The translations under genes were made by a program, and so were the position numbers. Below the pieces are notes generated by a model. It was not told where the DNA came from and ran no database searches. It saw only the letters and a program-made list of their open reading frames with translations. Of a DNA stretch of 64,000 nucleotides, positions 23,648 through 37,114 are shown one piece after another. The stretch's first letter is position 1. Every line of letters begins with the position of its first letter. Source of the DNA: Octopus sinensis (lineage: Eukaryota). The stretch is taken from NCBI RefSeq assembly GCF_006345805.1, contig NC_043006.1:23126001-23190000 (forward strand), in the 5' to 3' direction.

Positions 23648-24140
23648 CCATTCATCTGTCTTCTCCGCCGACTTTCTCTATGAGGGTCGTGGGGGAGTAG
23701 AGTCCTCGGACACCACCCCCATAGAATGCTATCAGAAGCAACCGTCATTAGACTTTCCGGCTGTATTCCCAAGCGTGACCAACCAACACTACGGATATTA
23801 TTCAACCATCTCATTCTTGGATCTCAACTGCAAGATCTCTTGATGGCTGGTTTGGCTTGAAGAATCCGTCTTGTAATTCTTTCTTGCAACGTTCTTATCA
23901 CATATACGCGGTACCGGAGCAGTGACTTTTCAATGCGTGAAGTAGCAGCTCGACCTGGAGAAATTCCCTATTTTCGAGATACGCACCTTGTCAAGTAACT
24001 TTACTCCAGGGACCCTTCGTAGATACCTCATTTCGCGATCATGCCCTTCCGGTCATTACCCAAAATTCATGACCATAGGTGAGAATAAACACCAAGACCA
24101 AATTGAAGACAGAGTGTTTGGCCCTTTTTGCCAGACGGAT
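23648..24140 (-). pseudogene. RTE (Expander/RTE-1-like) LINE 3' fragment
   Basis: Minus strand LTYGHEFW...EMRYLRRVPGVKLLDKVR...RWLNNIRSVGWSRLG...LLPHDP, with frameshifts. Confidence 0.75.
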
Positions 24141-24944
24141 TTTTATCTTTATTGGCCGACGTGTATTCAGAGGGAAATCGCTGTTATAGCTAAGTGTCAT
24201 TTCGGCCATTTTCATGCAAATAAATTCTGATAGATTCTTCCAGACCTTTCTTTAAATGAAGTAAGCAAGGACTCATAGAGCAGAAGCAATGTTTCTTTTA
24301 GCTGTCCTAAAAGGAAGGTGTCCCAAGTGAGAGGGACTCGACCATCTCAGCCAATTAAAAAGAGGAAAAATTGTTTGACTGATCTTAAGGATTACCAGAT
24401 AAACTATGAAATCCCTTTGGGGCAATTCTTGGAAAGCACATGACCCATAGGATAATTTTTGAATAACACATGAAGGCCTCTTAACATAATTTCTAGTCAA
24501 CATATGAAGGTAATTTAAGATATTAGCATCATTTCTGAATCCAATATGAAAATCCCTTGAGAATTTGTTCACACGTTATTCCTCAACAGCCGAAATAGAA
24601 AATGATTTAATCTTTTATTTTCCAACAGCATCTGAGTTAATTTCATATTGAAACTAGTCGCGTTTTGGTTAATAACTTTTTTCTGTTGACTTCCTTTTCG
24701 ATCAATAAAAAAATAGCTTTTACTGAATCGATTTTATCATTCCCAGTATTATTTTATTGTTCCTGAAGGAAGTACCGTTCATTTTTTTAGGGTGGTTAAT
24801 AAGAACCAGTGTAATATCACATCACACTATTCGACTGGTACTTATTAACTGCTCACGACGGTCTTGGCGAGATGAGATTGCAGTGCAAAGTGACGAAACT
24901 GAATACCGACTCTGTTAATCTGAACTCTATTAATAATAACAATA

Positions 24945-25525
24945 ATCCTTTCTACTAGAAGCACAATGCCTGAAATCTTTGGTGAAGGAGATAGTTAATC
25001 ACACAGACCTCAATACTTGACTGGTACTTAATTTATCGACCCTGTAAGAATGAAAGCAAAGTCGACCTCGGCGGAATTTGAAGTCAGAACGTAGAGACAG
25101 ATGAAAAGTGGTTAAGTATCTTTCCCAGGGTGCTAACGATTCTAGCAGCTCGCCGCCTTAATTAATAATAATAATAATAATATGTAGAAGAATAATAATC
25201 CTTTCTACTATAGGCACAAGGCTTGAAATTTTGCGGGAGAGGCTCGTCGATTACATCGACCTCACTACTTGACTGGTACTCACTTTATTGACCTTGAAAA
25301 GATGAAAGGCATTTCGACCTCGGCGGAATTTGGACACTATTAGCATCTTTTCTATTTTAGGCATCAGGACTGAAATTTTGAGAGAGGGTCTAGTCGATTA
25401 CAGCGATCACAATACTCAACTAGTACTTGTTTTATCGACCCTGAAATGATGAAAGGCAAAGTTGACTTCAGTGGCATTTGAAGACAGAACGTAAAGCCAG
25501 AAAAAAATGCCGCTAAACATTCTAC
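24945..25525 (-). mobile_element. Cluster of three family A SINE copies
   Basis: Repeated ctggtactt...ttatcgacc...gaaaggcaaagtcgacctcggcggaatttg. Confidence 0.85.
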
Positions 25526-25677
25526 TCGGAATGCTATTTTTAGCGAAGCAGATACTTATGTAGTACCCTAGTATATATAAATATATTTATATATCTAATA
25601 TATAATTATTAATTTTGTCCATACGGCTTTTCGCTCGCGGCCACTAACGTTATTATTTTTAGGAATAATAATGTTCT

Positions 25678-25711
<34 letters not shown>

Positions 25712-25754
25712 CATACATACATACATACATACATACATACACATATACGACTCT

Positions 25755-26090
25755 ACCGCAACGTATCATCAGATGAAAGGATGAGCTTATATGAGCAGAA
25801 GACTATGCATGAATATGTTAGTAGAAAGCTCCGTGATGATAGTAACATCGATCATCAAAGCTGTTTATCATGGCCGAATAGCCGGGTTACTACCTCCCAC
25901 TTTGAAGGGTATGCGTTTGCAATTCAGGAACAGGAAATATCAACCAAGTACCTGGTGCACAAAAGGAACAGAAATGCGGGGAAAGCCGTAAAATGTGACA
26001 ACCGGTGCAGACTTTGTGGAGTTCACACTGAATATATCACCCACATCATAAGAAGTTGTCCGGAAATGTCACCGCAATATAATCTAAGTT
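25755..26090 (+). pseudogene. R4/Dong-type (RLE) non-LTR retrotransposon fragment with CCHC knuckle
   Basis: SHFEGYAFAIQEQEISTKY...CDNRCRLCGVHTEYITHIIRSC. Confidence 0.7.
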
Positions 26091-27140
26091 AAAATTCTGC
26101 TGAGGTCGACTCTGCTTTTCGTCCTTTTGGGATCGATAAAATGAGTACCAGTTGAACACTGGGATCGATGTAATCGGCTTACCTCTTCCCCTGAAATTGT
26201 TGATCTTCTGTCAAATTTTGAAATTATCATTATTATTATCACGATCATCTGCTTCATATCTGAAAGGTCTGATTTGAAACCAGAGTATAAAGTGCCGAAG
26301 GAAATGTCGTAAAATGCGAGGCGCTATGTATTCTGACTCTGTCCTCAGCTCAAATCCCACCAATGTCAGCATTGTCTTTCATCCCTCTGGGTTCGATAAA
26401 ATAAAGTACCAGTCAAGTACTGAGTCGATCACATTGATTAATCTCTTGCTTCAAATTTCAAGTCCTGTGCTTATATTAGAAACAATTATTATTATTATTG
26501 TAAAGGCAGAGGGGCGAGATGGCAGAAATGTTAGCACGCCGGGCGAAAATGCTTAGCGGTATTTCGTCTACCGCTACGTTCTGAGTTCAAATTCCGCCGA
26601 GGTCGACTTTGCTTTTCATCCATTCGAGGTTGATTAAATAAGTACCAGTTCCGCACTGGGGTCGATATAATCGACTTAATCCCTTTGTCTGTCCTTGTTT
26701 GTCCTCTCTGTGTTTAGCCCCTTGTGGGTAGTAAAGAAATAGGTATTTCGTCTGCCGCTACGTTCTGAGTTCAAATTCCGCCGAGGTCGACTTTGCCTTT
26801 CATCCTTTCATGTTCGATAAAATAATTATCAGTTAAACACTGAGGTCGATGCAATCGATTAGCCCCCTTTCCGAAGTTGCTGGCATTATACCAAAATTCG
26901 AAACCATTATTACTGTAAAGACAAAGGTGGCGAGATGACAGAAGCGTTAGCAAGCCAGGCAATATACTTAGCGGCATTTCGTCCGTCTTCACGTTCTGAG
27001 TTCAAATTCCGCCGAGGTCGATTTTGTCTTTCATCTTTTTGTGGTTGATAAAATAAGTACCAATTAAACACTGGGGTAGATGTAATCGATTATCCTACTT
27101 CCTGAAGTTGCCGGCCTTGTGTCAAAATTTGAAATCATTA
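26090..27140 (+). mobile_element. Head-to-tail cluster of five family A SINE copies
   Basis: Five repeats of ttctgagttcaaattccgccgaggtcgac...gataaa...agtacc. Confidence 0.88.
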
Positions 27141-27944
27141 TTATTTAAAGGCAGCAGTATTGGTAGTAATAGTGACTATGGTGATTGCGATGATATCCGT
27201 AGTGATGATGATTGTGAGAGAGAAAGAAAAGGAGAGAGATAAGAGAGGTGGATATAACATCACACACCTCGTCACTAACAGCAACAAATATTATTGTTGT
27301 TGTTGTTAGTGACAGCGATGTGTAATTTGTATTTGAGGTAGCGAAGATGGTATCGTTGCTGTCTACAACACACACATATGTTTATATTAGGGTTTAAAAT
27401 CAACACTGAAACTGTAGCACTCACTGACATTTGTCTTCGACCAACGCATTCCCAGACATTTAAAGTCCCCTTTAAGTTTCTGTCTGCTGACAATATTACT
27501 AATCTCAACTTAAAACTTTTCTCTCTGGAATAACCAAAAAAAAAAAATGTAAAACACCTAGCTGTTCTTTTTTGTACTTTTTCCCTGTACATTTCCCCCA
27601 TTGTTTTTTTTATAATAATGCATTGACACTGCAGAGCCTCAAGTATTTTTGTTGATACGATATCGAATAAACAACGATCATGAGGCGAGCTGTTTGTATC
27701 TTTCTTAAGAACTGTGGTGTTCTTAGAAATAATACATTTCCATTCCCACTCGGTTCAGCCCTTCTCTGTATATATTTCATTGCTTTGACTAGTGAAAGTA
27801 GAGATTGTCTTTTCTAGTTTATTTTTATTTCTAATTATGCAACAGAAATTCTTTATATAATATTCTTAAAGTATTCATATCGTTAGAAGGTCAGAGGCTG
27901 CATTTTCGTCCGAGAAAAATAGATAGCTTGATAGACTTATTGTG

Positions 27945-28205
27945 TTAAAAAGAACAATATACTTCAGAGCGTTGCTTTTCAGCGATACACATACGTTAAG
28001 TACATCATATAGCTAAAGATTTTACAGTAAAGTTACTTCTGTTCCATAATTTGAATTTTATTCAACCTAAGCGGTGTTTCGGAAGTGACACGTGTACGTG
28101 ACACTGACAAACCGCAACAACAGTGAAATGCGAATTTGCCACTCTCGCGGGCACTTCCGGGACGATTTTGTTGCGCCTAATTCTGAAGTATATTGTGTGT
28201 TTTAA
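27945..28205. mobile_element. TTAA-flanked MITE (Kolobok-like)
   Basis: TTAA-aaagaacaatatacttcag ... ctgaagtatattgtgtgtt-TTAA. Confidence 0.6.
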
Positions 28206-28269
28206 CGCAAACTGCTGAAAATTCAAATTTTAAGAAAAAAAAAAACCACACACACACACCACGCATACA

Positions 28270-28430
28270 CATGACGGGTTTCTTTCAGATTCCGTCTCCA
28301 AAATCTACTCGCAAGGCTTTAGTCGGTCCGAGGCTATAGTAGGAGACAGTTTCCCAAGGTGCTACACAGTGGTACTGAACCCGGAACCATGTGGTTAAGA
28401 AGCAAGTTTCTTACCACACAGTGACACCTG
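28270..28430 (-). mobile_element. SINE family B head
   Basis: Reverse complement of the family B head. Confidence 0.75.
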
Positions 28431-28449
28431 TGTAGGCATGCATGCATAC

Positions 28450-29420
28450 GTCTTTTTGGTGTCCTGTACACATATATGCGTGTATATGTACATGTAGAGG
28501 TAGGTACGTACATATATGTTTATATATATGCATATATTCTATTTTATTAACATATTATACGATTAAACGCACGCACCCTACTAAGTAAGATTGTTCTGTT
28601 TATCAAGTTAGCCTTGATATTAACTCTCACGCGACTCTGCATCTTTCTTCTTTCCTCTCCCATTCCCTTTTTCGTTTTTTTTTCCCTCACTTAACTTGTC
28701 TCTTCCTCTTCTCTCTCTCATTCTTCATTCTCTCTCTCCCTTTCACCATTCTTCATGGTCTCCTCGCACCATTCCCCTTCTTCTCTCTCTCTTCCTCTTG
28801 CTCCTCCCTCCCCATTCCCGTCATCCATCTGCGACGATACTTCCGTCGTAACTGCTATCCTGTCTTTCTCTCCCGCCTTGCAAGGCTTCTGGTTGACAAA
28901 TTTCCCTCTCTGTCTTCCACGATAATCCAGCGTTTACAATACTTTTTTCGTCTGGCGTTAACAGCCCTTCTTATCTTGTTCTCCTTGTCTTGTCTCTCAC
29001 TGTTATATATTTATTTTTCCACTGTTTATATATATATTTTTTACTGTTTATATGTTTGTACTGTCGTTACCGTCTTGCTTTTTTTACCCCTCTGCGAAAA
29101 GATCTCAGAATTTTAATTGATTTGCTTTTCGCGGGAAGGAATTTTTCTTCGAAGTATACGTCTCGCTTTATCCTTCGAAACGTTTAGTAGATGAAATCTT
29201 AGCGACTGAAGAAGGGGATTTTTCGTTGTGCTTATTGTCCTGTATCTCTCTCCCTTTTTTTTTTGCTTGTCTTGTTCCTTGTTTGTGTCTATGTGTTTGT
29301 TTCGTCTCTCTATGTGTTCGACGTCTTTTTGGTGTCCTGTACACATATATGCGTGTATATGTACATGTAGAGTAGGTACGTACATATATGTTTATATATA
29401 TGCATATATTCTATTTTATA
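28450..29420 (+). mobile_element. Element bounded by ~100-bp direct repeats (28450-28550, 29323-29420), Penelope-like
   Basis: gtctttttggtgtcctgtacacatatatgcgtgtatatgtacatgtagag(g)taggtacgtacatatatgttt is repeated; the element ends at (TA)n. Confidence 0.6.
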
Positions 29421-29426
29421 ACATAT

Positions 29427-29509
<83 letters not shown>

Positions 29510-29752
29510 TATCTATATATATATATATACATATATATATAAACATATAGATATATATATATATACAAACATATATATATATATACATATATATACTACA
29601 TATATATTATACATATATTATACATACATATATATATACATACATTATACATATATATATATATACATATTATATATATATATATATATACACATATATA
29701 TAATATATATTATTATATACATATAATATACATATATATATATATATATATA

Positions 29753-29798
<46 letters not shown>

Positions 29799-29806
29799 AT
29801 ATATCA
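29420..29806. repeat. (TA)n-rich microsatellite
   Basis: Direct reading. Confidence 0.95.
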
Positions 29807-30393
29807 ACTGATGACGTATGTCAGGGTATCAGACAGTATATTATTTTTGACATCGTTTTTTGCTGTTGTCGTTTTGGCTGTTGTTGTTGTTGTTATTGTT
29901 GATACTCATGCTGTTTATTGTGTGCCGTGAATCCTCACTGTGTAAATATATCATTGGATTGTTTCTTAATTACCTTCATATGGTGACTTTCAAATGTTTA
30001 CACCGTGTACGAGTGACTTGGTCCGACTCGATCATTCCCACCCCGCTTGCTAATTGGTGACTGCCATATACACACACATACAAAGACACATATAGATGTA
30101 TACATTCATAAACACATTTTTTTTACAGCTTTCTTATTCGTGCACTCACGCATACACCACGCTCTCCCCCCTTCCCACCCCTCATTCAAGTATCCATATG
30201 CACCCCTTAACAACTTTCTCACTTCCATAGGCACACGAAACGAACTTGCTAGAAGTCAGTTTCTGCTTTTTTTAAAAGTAAAACTTAGGAATAAGAATAA
30301 AAAAATTAAAAAAATATTGAAACGCGATGAAAATGTATTAATGTACCCCTCCCCTCCAGAAAAAAAGAGTTAACGAAAATAACAATAACGGCT

Positions 30394-30870
30394 GTGATGA
30401 TGATGATGATGATGATGATGACTGATAATGATGCTGATGTTGATGACGACTATGATGATGATGGTAATGATGATAACGATAATAATAACAACAACATGAA
30501 AGAAGAAGGAAGAAAGAAGAAAAAGAAAGAAGAAAGAAGAAGAGAGAAGGAAGAAAGAAGAAGAGAGAAGAAGAAAAAGAAAGAAGAAAGAAGAAAAAGA
30601 AGAAAAAGAAGAAAAAGAAAGAAGAAAGAAGAAGAGAGAAGAAGAAAAAGAAAGAAAGAAGAAAGAAGAAAGAAGAGAGAAGAAAAAGAAAGAATAAAGG
30701 AGGAGGAGGAGGAGGAGAAGAATAAAGAAGAGGAGGAGAAGGAGGAGGAGGAGGGGAGGAGGAGAAGGAGGAGGAGGAGAAGAAGAAGAAAAAGAAGAAG
30801 AAGGAAGAAGAAGAAGAAGAAGGAAGAAGAGAAGAAGGAAGAAGGAAGAAGAAGAAGAAGAGAAAAGAAC
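30394..30870. repeat. Compound (GAT)n/(AAG)n/(GAG)n trinucleotide tract
   Basis: Direct reading; explains the poly-M/D/K/E ORFs. Confidence 0.92.
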
Positions 30871-31923
30871 GTAAAATAAACATATCAACTTGGTTACTGG
30901 AGTGAATTAATGATAAAATTTAGCACGGTGGGTAGACAGCCGTGAAGATGGGAGAAACTCTTCTCTTTTTTTCTTCTGAATGACCCGGAAATGAAGTTAG
31001 AGTAGTTCAAATAGATAACTTACATAGCGGCCATTTTACCTCTAGCCCTCCCTGTCTACATTACACTCATTCAGCACTCCCATTACCTCTTCGTTTTACC
31101 TCCACCCACACCTTATCTTTATAACACTCATACAACACCACCCCCACAACTTTATTTTATCTCCACCACCATATCCTAACTACATCATACTCACATAACA
31201 CTCCTACCGCTACCACCACCACCATTTTCACTCCACTCCCACCCTAACAAGATCACACTTGCACAGCACTCCCACTACCACTCCTTTTAATATCCATCTC
31301 GCGAATAGAAATACATTTAATGAGTGAGGGTTGATTGACTGGCTGCCCGGCTGGCCGGCTGGCTGCCCGGCCGGCTGGCTGCTGCCCGACCGGCTGGCTG
31401 CCTGCCTGTCTGCCTTGATAGCTGCAGAGGCAAAACACAAGTATGTCTTATAAGAGATACTTTCTTCAAATTCCTTTTGATACCAACCCGCATAAAACTG
31501 CCCTGGTGCTATGATACAAATTTCATGTTTCAAAGTGATTTGAATTAAAAACTTGCATCAAAATTTCAAAATTGTTTAGAGTAAGAATCAGACACCCGAG
31601 ATGACGATCTAAAACCTCTGAAGGCAGTGAGTGTTCCAACATAGCCGCAATCTTGTAATTCAACCCAGTAAGAGTTAGTAAGTTGTATGCATACTTAAAC
31701 TAAGTATAAAGTTTAAAGGCTTCAAACTGTTGTATTTGTCTTGAAAAAAAATATCTCTTATAGACACATTATGTTAAAAACACAGAAACGATACCAGCAG
31801 GATGTGAAGGTCGCTCAACCTTGGGGTCGATTAGATAAGTTCCAGTTATGCACTGGTGTCGATGTAATCGACTTACCCCCAACTCGCAAATTTCAAGCCT
31901 TGTGCCTATAATAAAAAAAGGTT

Positions 31924-31966
<43 letters not shown>

Positions 31967-32619
31967 GTTATTATTATTTTCTCTTTATGACTAGTTTTGT
32001 TGGAGCTCCTGGAGTCTTGCATGCGTAGCGGACTTACGTAGCAGCTTACGGTACCATGCTATTCATTTTTTCAACTATTCTGGCCGTGCCAAAGAGGCAA
32101 AACGTGATGCCTTCTGATACTGTCCCCAAGGACCCAACAATGTTACTGTTACTGTTAGTGTTTGCAAGATTAGTAGAAGAGAGATTAAAACCTTTTAGAA
32201 TACGGTTATTATTTGACGATATAATTTGTGAGATGTTATTGGTATTGGTATTGGGCTCAGGTTCAATCCCACTGAATGACATCTGGGTCACTGCACCTGC
32301 CTTAGGTCGACCCAAGCCTTGTGTGTAAAACTGGCTGGGATCGAAATAGTGTGGAGGCCCAGTGGGTAGATTACACCTTTTATACAAAGGGCCAGACTGT
32401 CACACACTGTTACGTTATGTCACGCTGAGTCTGCCTGACGCTTACATTTAGAGTAACGGATCTGAGGAATATTCAACCATCTACACCAGTGGTTCTCAGC
32501 CGTGATCCATGTGACTCTTGGGGATCCATATAAGATTTTGTTGTCAAAGCTTACGAGTAATGAATTTATTTTTCTTCTACAATACACAAGGTATTTTAGC
32601 AATTTTTTTTTATTCAGTT

Positions 32620-34038
32620 CCTAATAATCCTTTCTACTCAAGGCACAAGGCCTGAAATTTTAGAGGGGGGGGTCTAGTTGATTACATCAACCCTAGTGTT
32701 TCATTGGTACTTAATTATTCGACCCCGAAAGGATGAAAGGCAAAGCCGATTCTGCCTGCTTGCCGCCTTAATAAATCTTTCTGCTAAAGGCCTTAAATTT
32801 TTGGGGCGGGGACTTGTCAATTACATCGACCTCAGTGTTCCACTGGTAGTTAATTTATCGACTCTGAAAAGGTGAAAAGCAAAGTCAACCTCTGCGAAAT
32901 TTGAACTCAGAACGTAAAGATGAACGAAATGCTGCTAAGCATTTTACCCGGTGTGCTAACGAATCTTTAGGCTCAAGGCCCGAAATGTTTGGGGAAGGGG
33001 CCAGTCGATTTGCTCGACCCCAGTACACAGTTGATACTTAATTTATCGACCGCGAAAGAATGAAAGGCAAAGTCAACCTCGGCGGAATTTGAACCCAGAA
33101 GGTAAAGGCAGACGAATTACTGCTAGGCATTTCGTTCAGTGTGCTAACGATTCTGCCAGTTCGACCTTTTTTCAGGTCTTAATAATATTTGATAATAAAA
33201 AATATAACTGGATCTTTTTTGTTAACATGAGGTACGGCCAGCAGAATAAAATAGGAATCAAAGGAGTCCATAGGCAAAAAATGGTTGAGAACCACTGATC
33301 AACACCATAATTCAAAGAGGAAGTAACCCAATTGATGGAATATTCGGAATAACTAATTGTTGAAAACAAGAATCTAGGAAGATCTATTTTTCTATAACAG
33401 GCTATATTTGTATACTACAGTGTTACCCGTCATATACTTCGGAAGTATATTTTTGCCATCATCAGTAAATAGAACGAGATATAGAATATAAATACAATAA
33501 TTATAATTCCACTTTTATCAGATTGTTTTAGGCTTATATATAATGATTAAATAAATAATAATTTTCAAAGGAAAATATTTAAATTAAAATATTCCTTTCT
33601 ACTATAGGCACAATGCTTGAAGTTTTGTAGGGGAGGGGATTAATCGATTACATCGACCACAGTGCGTAATTGGTACTTATTTAATCGACCCCAAAGGATG
33701 AAAGGCAAAATCGACCTCGGCGGAATTTGAACTCAGAACGTAACAGCGGACGAAATACCGCTAAGCATTTCGCCCGGTGTGCTAACGATTCTGCCAGCTC
33801 GCAGCCCTCTACAAAAGAAGGATATATTCTTTTCTACTCTAGGTACAAAGCCAGAAATTTTGGAGGAAGTGGCCAATCAATTACATCGACCCCAGTACGC
33901 AGCTGGCACTTAATTTATCAAGTGCCACGAAAGGATGAAAGGCGAAGTCGACCTCGGCGGAATTTGAACTGAGAACGTAGCGAAATATTGCTAAGCATTT
34001 CGTCCAGCATGCTAACGATTCTGCCAGCTCACCGCCCT
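32620..34038 (-). mobile_element. Five family A SINE copies (32620-33160 x3, 33593-34038 x2)
   Basis: Family consensus matches on the minus strand. Confidence 0.85.
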
Positions 34039-34199
34039 CTTTAAATTAAAATATTATTAAATAAATCAAATTTCTCATTTTATATAACTCCTCCCAAACC
34101 TATTCTGTGAGTTACTCCTCCTCCTCCTCCTCCAAACAAGCCTGGTATGTGCATTCATCCTGTGCCTTTATGTTATTCTCTCTGAATCTCTTTCACTCT

Positions 34200-34273
34200 C
34201 CTCTATCTATCTATAAATCTATCTATCGATCTATCTATTTATCGTTCTATCTATCTATCTGTCCATCTGTCTG

Positions 34274-34318
<45 letters not shown>

Positions 34319-34378
34319 TTATTTGCCTGTCTATCTATCTGCCTGTCTATCTATCTATCTATCTATCTATCTGCCTGT

Positions 34379-34412
<34 letters not shown>

Positions 34413-34417
34413 GCCTG

Positions 34418-34456
<39 letters not shown>

Positions 34457-34462
34457 GCCTGT

Positions 34463-34500
<38 letters not shown>

Positions 34501-34506
34501 GCCTGT

Positions 34507-34570
<64 letters not shown>
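34200..34570. repeat. (ATCT)n microsatellite with ctgcctgt interruptions
   Basis: Direct reading. Confidence 0.95.
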
Positions 34571-34571
<1 letters not shown>

Positions 34572-35100
34572 ACTCTTTCCTCTTCTGTCTTTAAGATGTA
34601 AAACGTAACTGAAAAGCTTGACCGACAGCCAACCAGCAAACCAGCCAACATTTATATCGGCTATTATTAATAGAAATCAAAAATAACAGAGCCACAACTG
34701 TAGATGAGATTAGAAAGAATTATCGAATTTTCTTGAGAAATAATATGGCAGGGATGTTTTGGCGGTGGCGAGTAGAACAACGTCTTTTAGTGGAAGAAGA
34801 AACTGTTTCATGATCTTGATATATGTCTGTTAAATGTTTTGTGGTGGCAGAAATTACAAAATAAATAACGTATAATGATTAATATATATAATTTATGAAG
34901 AAGAGTTTGTATTCAGCTGTATCTATATTTGCATCTGACTAAAATTATTTTACTGGCATGGCAGCAGGAAAAGATTCCTTATCGACCCGACTTATAGAAA
35001 TACGTGGAAATATATAGAAATATACGTAAAGATGTAATTAGAAATGTTGAGAAATGTGAAGAAAATATACAGAATATATAGAAATATATAGTAATATACA

Positions 35101-35475
35101 TTACAAGCAGTATCACCCGGCGTTGCTCGGGTTTGTAAGGGAAATAACTATAAAACATTTTTAGAGAGTTATAGCCAAAAAATAGAAAAAAAATTATGGT
35201 AAATTTTTTTGAGAGTTAAAAAGGTCGAGTTGCGTCCCCTAGACAGTCTGTGGTTTGTGTTTCTGATTCTCGACCCCATGTCGAATTTATCGATTTTTTT
35301 CAGAACTGGGGGAACTTTTCAAAATTTTCGCTGCGTTAGTTTTGAATTATGACATTGGGCTATGTGTGTATCAAGTTTCATCAGAATCGGTTGAAAGCCG
35401 TGGTCAGGGTGAGGGTACAACCTAACAGACACACAGAAACACACACAGACAAACTGCCGTTTATATAGAGAGAGA
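35101..35475 (+). mobile_element. Non-autonomous Helitron/Helentron-like (HINE-like) element
   Basis: 5' cccggcgttgctcggg subterminal hairpin, aagtttcatcagaatcggttga segment, (CA)-rich tract and tttatatagagagaga end. Confidence 0.55.
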
Positions 35476-35484
35476 TAACATGCA

Positions 35485-35995
35485 AACATATAGAGGCGGC
35501 GAACTGGCAAAACCGTTAGCACAACGAACAAAATGTTTAGCTTCATTCCGTCTGTCTTTACGTTCTGGGTTCAAATTCCGCCGATCGTCCGTCTTTATGT
35601 TCTGGGGTTTAAATCCCGTTGAGATCAACTTTGCCTTTCATTCCTTCAGGATCGATAAAATAAGTACCGGTTGAGCACTGGGGTCGATGTAAACTACTTA
35701 CACGCTCCCCTGAAATTACTGTCCTTGTACCAAAATTTGAAACCAGTATATAGAAATATATATTTCTTTACTGCCCACAAGGAGGATAAACATAGAGGGG
35801 ACAAACAAGGACAGACGAAGGAATTGAGTCGATTATATCGCCCCCAGTGCGAAACTGGTACTTTATTTATCGACCCCGAAAGGATGAAAGGCAAAGTTGA
35901 CCTCGGCGGAATTTGAACTCAGAACGTAACGACAGACGAAATACCGCTAAGCATTTCGCCCGGCGCGCTAACGTGTTTGCCAGCTCGCCGCCTTA
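35485..35995. mobile_element. Inverted pair of family A SINEs (35485-35745 +, 35760-35995 -)
   Basis: Family consensus matches in opposite orientations. Confidence 0.8.
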
Positions 35996-36009
35996 GTATA
36001 TAGAAATAT

Positions 36010-36715
36010 AGGCGTTGTTCTGTAAGTAAGAAGCTTGCTTTCGAAATATGTAGTCTTCGGTTCAGTCCCAGTTTGCAGGACTTCGGTACTTTAACCCGGA
36101 GACGACCAAAGGCTTGCGAGTGGATTTAGTACACGAAACTGAAAGTTCCTTTGACTTGTTTCAGTCATTAGACTGCGGCCACGCAGGGGAACCGTCTTGA
36201 AAAATTTTAGTCGGACGAATCGTACCGATATTTACTTTCTGTTAAAGCTGGTACTTGTTCTATCGGACTCTTTTTTCCGAATCGCAATGTGAAGTGAACG
36301 TAAACACATCAACATCGGTTGTCAAGCGGTGGCGGGGGGGACAAACATAAAGACACATATATATATATATTAACAACAGGTTTCATTCAGTTTCCATCAA
36401 CCAAATCCGCTCGCAAGGATTTGGTCGACCCAAGGCTATATATAGTAGGAAACATTCACCCAAAATGCTACTTGGCTGGGAAGCAAACTTCTTACCACAC
36501 AACCACGCCTGCACTTAATGTGTGTATGTGTGTGTGTCTAACCGACAACCTGTGTTGGTTTGTTTACGTCACCACAACTTAACAGTTCGGCCAAAAACCT
36601 TTTATAAAAACAAGTACTGGGGTCGATTTGTTCGACTAAAACCCTTCAAGACGGTGTTCCAGCATGGCCGCAGTCCAATGACTAAAACAATTAAAAAGAT
36701 AAAAGAAATCTAAAG
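36010..36715. mobile_element. Family B SINE pieces (+ head, - near-full copy, + tail)
   Basis: Head and tail motifs, including ggtgttccagcatggccgcagtccaatgact. Confidence 0.75.
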
Positions 36716-37114
36716 AAATATATAAAAATACCAGTCGTTTGGTTTCATTTAGACTTGAGCCTGCCATTAAATCCCAATCCTGCTCCAGAGTTGTCTAAAT
36801 ACGATTATGGATGCCTTTCCCCGAATAAAGCAATGCAGTGGAGATCCCTATGTACACAACCATAACATAAACAGAGAAACATTGGGTCCCTAGATCCGTA
36901 TGAATATCTAGGAAACTGTCCAATGTAGCCATGATTTATGGCGATATTGCCTCGCTTCTCTACTTGGGATTTGGTTTGAACGCAACGTTGTCTCTCACAT
37001 TAAACTTATGAAATACAACCGCCGCCAGAGTACATCTACAAGAAGGGGGCAATCTCTGTTTCACCATTAAAGCTTCCCAGCATGGTGCAGTGGTGAAATC
37101 ATTATTAGAGCAGT

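Noticed and set aside
24273-24572. 99-aa minus-strand ORF next to the RTE fragment
   Set aside because: No recognisable motif and no splice support; it is also out of register with the RTE remnants.
30338-30888. 161-181 aa ORFs rich in M/D/K/E or F/S/L
   Set aside because: They are translations of (GAT)n/(AAG)n/(GAG)n microsatellites with no domain content.
36760-37090. Possible degraded RTE-like 3' end
   Set aside because: Similarity too weak to support without alignment.
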